Source: Lysobacter sp.
GTDB taxonomy: Bacteria > Pseudomonadota > Gammaproteobacteria > Xanthomonadales > Xanthomonadaceae
NCBI GenBank assembly: GCA_043775395.1
Contig: JAYVSK010000087.1
Span: forward strand, 1-46,899
DNA: 46,899 nt
Direction of reading: 5' to 3'
Shown: piece by piece, positions 42,003-46,899 of the stretch
Position numbering within the stretch: the first letter of the stretch is position 1
Layout: each line of letters begins with the position of its first letter
Program-made: the position numbers and the translations under genes
Notes under the pieces: model-generated
Told to the model about the DNA's origin: nothing
Databases searched by the model: none
What the model saw: only the letters and a program-made list of their open reading frames with translations

Positions 42003-42030
42003 TCTTCTGTCCGGCGAATGACAATCATAA

Positions 42031-42058
42031 GAAAAACGCCGCTGAGAATTCAGCGGCG
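42031..42058 (-). terminator. Intrinsic terminator of the autotransporter gene
   Basis: Stem cgccgctga/tcagcggcg followed by a U5 tract on the minus strand, 30 bp after the stop. Confidence 0.75.
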
Positions 42059-42087
42059 CTTTCGTTATTCCAGGCTGACACGAACCA

Positions 42088-45000
42088 TCAAAACTTCTTG
42101 TCCAGGTTGATCTGGAAGCCGTGGTCGGTGTCGTCGCCGCTGCCGATCAGGCCGCGGTAGTCGAACTTGAACGACCAGTCGTTGTTCAGATCGAACAAGA
42201 TGCCTAGACCCAGCATCAACCGGGTGCGGTCGAAGTCGGTCAGGCCGGCGCGGTAGAACGGGCCACTGGCCAGATCCGCATAGCGGATGGTCTGCGCGCC
42301 GTTGCCCTTGAAGTCGTGCTGGTATTCCAGACGGAACTGCGGCGACAGCAGGCCCCAGCTCATGTCGCGGCGGTAATCGATGCGGATACCTGCGTTACCG
42401 GTGTCCGTATCCACGCCCAGATCTTCGTAGCGCAGCGCGAAGATCGGATCGCCGTGCTCGGTGTAGCCATTGAGCTGGGCACGCGCCACATCGCCGCGGA
42501 CGTACGGCGTGAACTGCCATGCGCCCTTCTGGAAGTCGGCGCCCGCCGATACCGAACCGAACCACTGCGACCCCTTGCGCGTGCCGTTGACGAAATTACC
42601 GTTGCTGGTGACGAACCGGCGCAGGTCGTAGTCGAGGCTCTGATAGCCCCATAGACCGTCGATGAAGAACGCATCGTCGGGGCTGTAGCTGGCATAGAAC
42701 GCGAAGGTGTAGGCGGTGCCCTTGCTGCGGCTGCCGTTGTCGCCGATCTCGCTGCTATCGGTGCCGTAACCCACGCCGCCGCCGACCGCAAACGCATCGT
42801 TGACGCGGTAGTCCAGACCGGCGCTGAGGCCGTCGGTCTCGAAGTCCACGCCGGCGCTGCCGTTGCGGCCATCGTGGTTGCCCGAGCGGATCGTGCCTGC
42901 GGTCCAGATGCCGTAGGCCTTGTTGCCGTCGCTACCGCGTGCATTGCTTTGTTCGGCCATCGCGGTGGCGCCCATGCCACCGGCACCGCCCGCATCGGCG
43001 CGATCGCAGCGACGGCCCGGCATCGCACCCACTTTTTCTGGGCAGTACTGGTCGTAGGCGACGCTGAGGCCGTTGGCGAAGCCGCCGGCCTGACCCGCAC
43101 CGTGCAGCCGCTCCAGACGCTGCTGGAAGTTGTTGATCTGGGTGGTGGCGAAGCGACGGGTCGCATCCGCTTGCGCATCCAGCAGCCCGCGCACTTCCGG
43201 ATCCTTCGACGGATCGGGGCGGTCAACGACGGTGAGCGCATAGACCCGGGTGCCGGTGAAGCTCAGCGCATCGGTTGCTCTGATCGTGAAGTTGAAGACA
43301 CCCGACACCGTCGGCGTGCCGCTGAGCGCACCTGCGGTGCTCAGCGTCAGACCGGCCGGCAGTGCGCCGGTGGTGATGGCGAACGTGTAAGGCGCGGTGC
43401 CGCCGGTGGCGGTCAGCGCCTGCGTGTAGGGCAGCTGCTGGACGCTGGCGGGCAAGGTCGCCGGGTTGATGGTGATGACCGGTGCCGAGATCGCCAGGGT
43501 GTAGGCGTTGGCCACTGTTGCCGCCGTACCGGCGGTGCTGTCGGTTGCACGGATGCTGAAGCTGAAGGCGCCCGCTGCGGTCGGGATACCCGTCAACGCA
43601 CCCGTGGCGGGATTCAAGCTCAGGCCTGTCGGTAGCGCACCGGCCGACACTGCATAGGTATACGGCGCGATGCCGTTGCTGGCGGTGAAGGTTTGGCTGT
43701 AAGCCACGCCGCCTGTGCCGGCCGGCAACGCACCCGCCGCAGGCGTCATCGCCAGCGTCGGTGTCGCGATGGTCAGCGTGTAGGCATTGGTCACTGTGGC
43801 GGCGGTGCCGCCCGTGCTGTCGGTGACGGTGACGCTGATGTTGAACGTACCTGCCCGCGTGGGCGTACCGGTGAAGGTGCGCGTGGCGCTGTTGAAGGTG
43901 ATGCCCGTCGGCAGCGTACCGATCTGGGTCACGGTGTACGGCGCGATGCCACCAGCGATGGTCAATACCTGGGTGTATGCGACACCGGCGGTGCCGCCCG
44001 GCAGCGTGGCCGGGGTCAGCGTTACGGTCGGTACCGCAACCACCACCGTGTAGGCACGAGTGCCGGCTTGGCCGTTCGCGTCAGTCGCAGTGACCGTGAA
44101 GTTGAACGTGCCCGATGTAGTGGTATTGGCGGAGAGAAGGCCGTTGGGAGCGAGCGCCAACCCCGTAGGCAGACTGCCTGCCGTCACCGCGAAGGTATAC
44201 GGCGCAACGCCGCCGGTCGCGCTGAGCGTGGCCGTGTAACCGATACCGGCCGTGGTGTTCGGCAAGGTGGCCGGATTCACCGCAATCGTCGGCGCCGGCA
44301 CGTTGAGGGTGTAGTTCTGCGCGATCGAGAACGGCGCACCCGCGCCGGTCAGCACTGCATCGGTCGCAGTGACGGTGATCGGGTAACTGCCCGGAACCGT
44401 GGGCGTACCCGACAGCGTATTGCCGCTGAAGCTCACGCCTGCCGGCAACGCGCCGGTCAACGCATAGTTGAACGGGCCAGCGCTGCCGCCGGCGGTGAAG
44501 GTCTGCGCATACGCGGCACCGTAGGTCGCAGTGAGCGTACCCGCCGCCGGTGTCAGCGTCAGCGTGGGCGCAGCGATGGTCAGCGTATAGCTGCGGCTTG
44601 CGGCCTGACCGTTGGCATCGGTACCGGTGATGGTGATCGGGAAGCTGCCGACCTGGTTCGAAGTGCCGGACAACGCACCGCTGGTGGTCAACGCGAGGCC
44701 GGTGGGCAGCGTGCCGCTGCTCAGGGTCACGCTGTACGGCGCGACGCCACCGGTGACGGTGATGGTCTGGCTGTAGCTCGTACCTGCCGCAGGATTCGGC
44801 AAGGTGGCCGGATTCACGATGATCGTCGGTGCAGGCACGTTCAACGTGTAGTTCTGCGCGATCGAGAACGGCGCGCCCGCACCGGTCAGCACCGTATCGG
44901 TGGCGGTGACGGTGATCGGGTAGCTGCCGGGGACCGTCGGGGTACCCGAGAGCACACCGCCACTGAAGCTCACGCCCGCCGGCAGTGCGCCGCTCAGAAC

Positions 45001-46899
45001 ATATGTGTAAGGACCGGCGCTGCCGCTGGCGGTAAAGGTCTGCGAATAGGCAGCCCCATACGCTGCGGTGAGCGTGCCCGCAGCAGGCGTCAACGAAAGC
45101 GTGGGCGCGGCGATGGCTAACGTGTAGCTGCGGCTGCCGGTCTGACCATTGGCATCGGTACCGGTGATGGTGATCGGGAAGCTGCCGACCTGGTTCGAAG
45201 TACCGGACAACGCACCGCTGGTAGTCAACGTGAGGCCGGCGGGCAGCGTGCCGCTGCTCAGTGCAACGCTGTAGGGCGCAACGCCGCCGGCGACGGAAAT
45301 GGTCTGGCTGTAGGCGGTTCCCGCGGCCGGATTCGGCAGCGTGGCCGGATTCACCACGATGGTCGGTGCGGGGACATTCAGCGTGTAGTTCCGCGCGATC
45401 GAGAACGGCGCGCCGGCACCGGTCAGTACCGTATCGGTGGCGGTGACAGTGATCGGGTAACTGCCCGGGACGGTCGGAGTACCCGACAGCGTGTTACCGC
45501 TGAAGGTCACGCCAGCCGGCAGAGCGCCGGTCAACACATAGCTGTAGGGGCCTGGACTGCCACCTGCGGTGAACGTCTGCGAATACGCCGCGCCGTAGGC
45601 GGCAGTGAGCGTGCCCGCGGCAGGCGTCAACGTCAGCGTCGGTGCGGCGGTGGTCAGCGTATAGGCGCGGCTGCCGGTCTGGCCGTTGGCGTCGGTGGCG
45701 GTCGCCGTGATGTTGAAGGTGCCGATCTGATTGGTGGCGCCGGACAGCGCACCGCCAGCGGCCATTGTGATGCCCGAAGGCAGACTGCCGGCGCTGATCG
45801 CGAAGCCATAAGGCGCAACGCCACCCGTTGCGGTGATGGTCTGGCTGTAAGCGACGCCCGCGTTAGGATTCGGCAGCGTGGCCGGATTCACCACGATCGT
45901 CGGCGCCGCAACATTGATGGTGTAGTTCTGGGCGACGGTGAACGGCGAGCCGGTGCCGGTCGAACCGGTATCGGTCGCGGTGATGGTGAAGTTGAAGCTG
46001 CCCGGCGACGTTGGCGTACCGGACACGGAGTTGCCGCTGAAGCTCGTACCCGGCGGCAGTGTGCCGGTCCGCGCATAGGTGTAAGGGCCTATACCGCCGC
46101 TGGCGGTGAAGCTTTGCGAGTACGCGGCGCCATAAGGAGCGTTGAACGTGGTCGCAGCCGGCGCCAAGGCCAGCGTCGGTGCCGCAACGGTCAGCGTGAA
46201 CGCCTGACCCACCGAATACGGGCCGTTGCCCGTCGAGCTGTCGGTGGCCGAAGCGTTGAGGTTGAAGCTGCCCGCCTGGGTGGGCGTACCAGAGACGGTC
46301 ACGCTGTTGGCAGTGGTGCCGGTGATGGACAGACCGGCCGGCAGGTTCGTGACCTGGAAGCCGCTCCACGGCTGCGCACCGCCGTTGAAGGTGAAGGTCT
46401 GTGTGTATGGCGTGCCGACGGTGGCCGCGAAGCCGCCGCTCGGGGTGATGGTGATGACCGGGTCGTTCACGGTGACCGTGACTGTGGCCGGCGCGGACGT
46501 GCCGCCGCTGTTGGTGGCGGTGTAGGTGAAGCTGTCCGGACCGGCGTAACCGGCAGTCGGTTGATAGGTGATCGTAGTACCACTGACAATCGCGGTGCCA
46601 TGCAGCGGTGCGGTGCCGATGGCAAGCGAAGTCGCAGTACCGCCCCCCAAAGTCAAAGGCACATTGGTGGCCGCCGCGTTGTAGGCGACGGTCAACGACG
46701 AATTGCCGGCCGTCGGTGGCACAGCGACCACGACGATGCTGTAGGCACGCGTCGCGTTGTACGGGCCGGTGCCGGTGCTGCTGTCGGTCGCGGTGATGCC
46801 GAAATTGAATGTGCCCAGCGCGGTCGGCGTGCCGGTGATGGCACCGGTCGAAGCGATGAGCGTCAGACCGCCGGGCAGTGCGCCGGCGGTGACGGCATA
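42088..46899 (-). CDS. Large autotransporter adhesin with tandem Ig-like (He_PIG-type) repeats; 5' end beyond the window
   Basis: Frame is open to the window edge. Repeated GG.APY....G.LP.G......G.LSGTP..G.F.FTV.ATD units, one Big_9-like YTPxxGYAGPDSFTY unit, and a C-terminal beta-barrel ending in F. Confidence 0.93.
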   Translation of the reverse strand, partial: YAVTAGALPGGLTLIASTGAITGTPTALGTFNFGITATDSSTGTGPYNATRAYSIVVVAVPPTAGNSSLTVAYNAAATNVPLTLGGGTATSLAIGTAPLHGTAIVSGTTITYQPTAGYAGPDSFTYTATNSGGTSAPATVTVTVNDPVITITPSGGFAATVGTPYTQTFTFNGGAQPWSGFQVTNLPAGLSITGTTANSVTVSGTPTQAGSFNLNASATDSSTGNGPYSVGQAFTLTVAAPTLALAPAATTFNAPYGAAYSQSFTASGGIGPYTYARTGTLPPGTSFSGNSVSGTPTSPGSFNFTITATDTGSTGTGSPFTVAQNYTINVAAPTIVVNPATLPNPNAGVAYSQTITATGGVAPYGFAISAGSLPSGITMAAGGALSGATNQIGTFNITATATDANGQTGSRAYTLTTAAPTLTLTPAAGTLTAAYGAAYSQTFTAGGSPGPYSYVLTGALPAGVTFSGNTLSGTPTVPGSYPITVTATDTVLTGAGAPFSIARNYTLNVPAPTIVVNPATLPNPAAGTAYSQTISVAGGVAPYSVALSSGTLPAGLTLTTSGALSGTSNQVGSFPITITGTDANGQTGSRSYTLAIAAPTLSLTPAAGTLTAAYGAAYSQTFTASGSAGPYTYVLSGALPAGVSFSGGVLSGTPTVPGSYPITVTATDTVLTGAGAPFSIAQNYTLNVPAPTIIVNPATLPNPAAGTSYSQTITVTGGVAPYSVTLSSGTLPTGLALTTSGALSGTSNQVGSFPITITGTDANGQAASRSYTLTIAAPTLTLTPAAGTLTATYGAAYAQTFTAGGSAGPFNYALTGALPAGVSFSGNTLSGTPTVPGSYPITVTATDAVLTGAGAPFSIAQNYTLNVPAPTIAVNPATLPNTTAGIGYTATLSATGGVAPYTFAVTAGSLPTGLALAPNGLLSANTTTSGTFNFTVTATDANGQAGTRAYTVVVAVPTVTLTPATLPGGTAGVAYTQVLTIAGGIAPYTVTQIGTLPTGITFNSATRTFTGTPTRAGTFNISVTVTDSTGGTAATVTNAYTLTIATPTLAMTPAAGALPAGTGGVAYSQTFTASNGIAPYTYAVSAGALPTGLSLNPATGALTGIPTAAGAFSFSIRATDSTAGTAATVANAYTLAISAPVITINPATLPASVQQLPYTQALTATGGTAPYTFAITTGALPAGLTLSTAGALSGTPTVSGVFNFTIRATDALSFTGTRVYALTVVDRPDPSKDPEVRGLLDAQADATRRFATTQINNFQQRLERLHGAGQAGGFANGLSVAYDQYCPEKVGAMPGRRCDRADAGGAGGMGATAMAEQSNARGSDGNKAYGIWTAGTIRSGNHDGRNGSAGVDFETDGLSAGLDYRVNDAFAVGGGVGYGTDSSEIGDNGSRSKGTAYTFAFYASYSPDDAFFIDGLWGYQSLDYDLRRFVTSNGNFVNGTRKGSQWFGSVSAGADFQKGAWQFTPYVRGDVARAQLNGYTEHGDPIFALRYEDLGVDTDTGNAGIRIDYRRDMSWGLLSPQFRLEYQHDFKGNGAQTIRYADLASGPFYRAGLTDFDRTRLMLGLGILFDLNNDWSFKFDYRGLIGSGDDTDHGFQINLDKKF
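44280..46200 (-). repeat. Intragenic tandem repeat with a 537-bp (179-aa, two Ig domains) period
   Basis: The same landmark GTT(C)-GCG-GAACGGCG recurs at 44314, 44851, 45388 and 45925. Confidence 0.85.

Overview
High-GC chromosomal segment of a Lysobacteraceae (Xanthomonadaceae, Lysobacter/Luteimonas-like) bacterium, judged by gene content and order. The backbone is mostly housekeeping: indolepyruvate ferredoxin oxidoreductase (5'-partial), I78 inhibitor/RNase/barstar, Lrp-phhA, dut-algC, pyrE/exonuclease III-ampG, anmK-M23 peptidase, tyrS, oligopeptidase B, lptM-dapF-DUF484-xerC, hslVU, ubiE, folE, recCBD, DUF1993 and a large Ig-repeat autotransporter (5'-partial). The accessory material concentrates between hslU and folE (25.5-31.8 kb), which looks like an interbacterial-conflict hotspot. 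It holds two paralogous HExxH proteins with C-terminal XVIPCD-like (type IV secretion recognition) domains flanking a lipoprotein that is a candidate immunity protein. The first paralog sits in a ~1.85-kb integrase-free islet bounded by a recoded duplicate of the hslU 3' end. Further on is an orphan, frameshifted polymorphic-toxin tip with an intact candidate immunity gene. Also present: a 261-bp IS5-like MITE, a dead IS701 fragment, several REP and BoxC-like palindromes, and a 12-bp in-frame deletion in the UbiE signature motif. All family assignments come from motif recognition by eye; no database searches were run.
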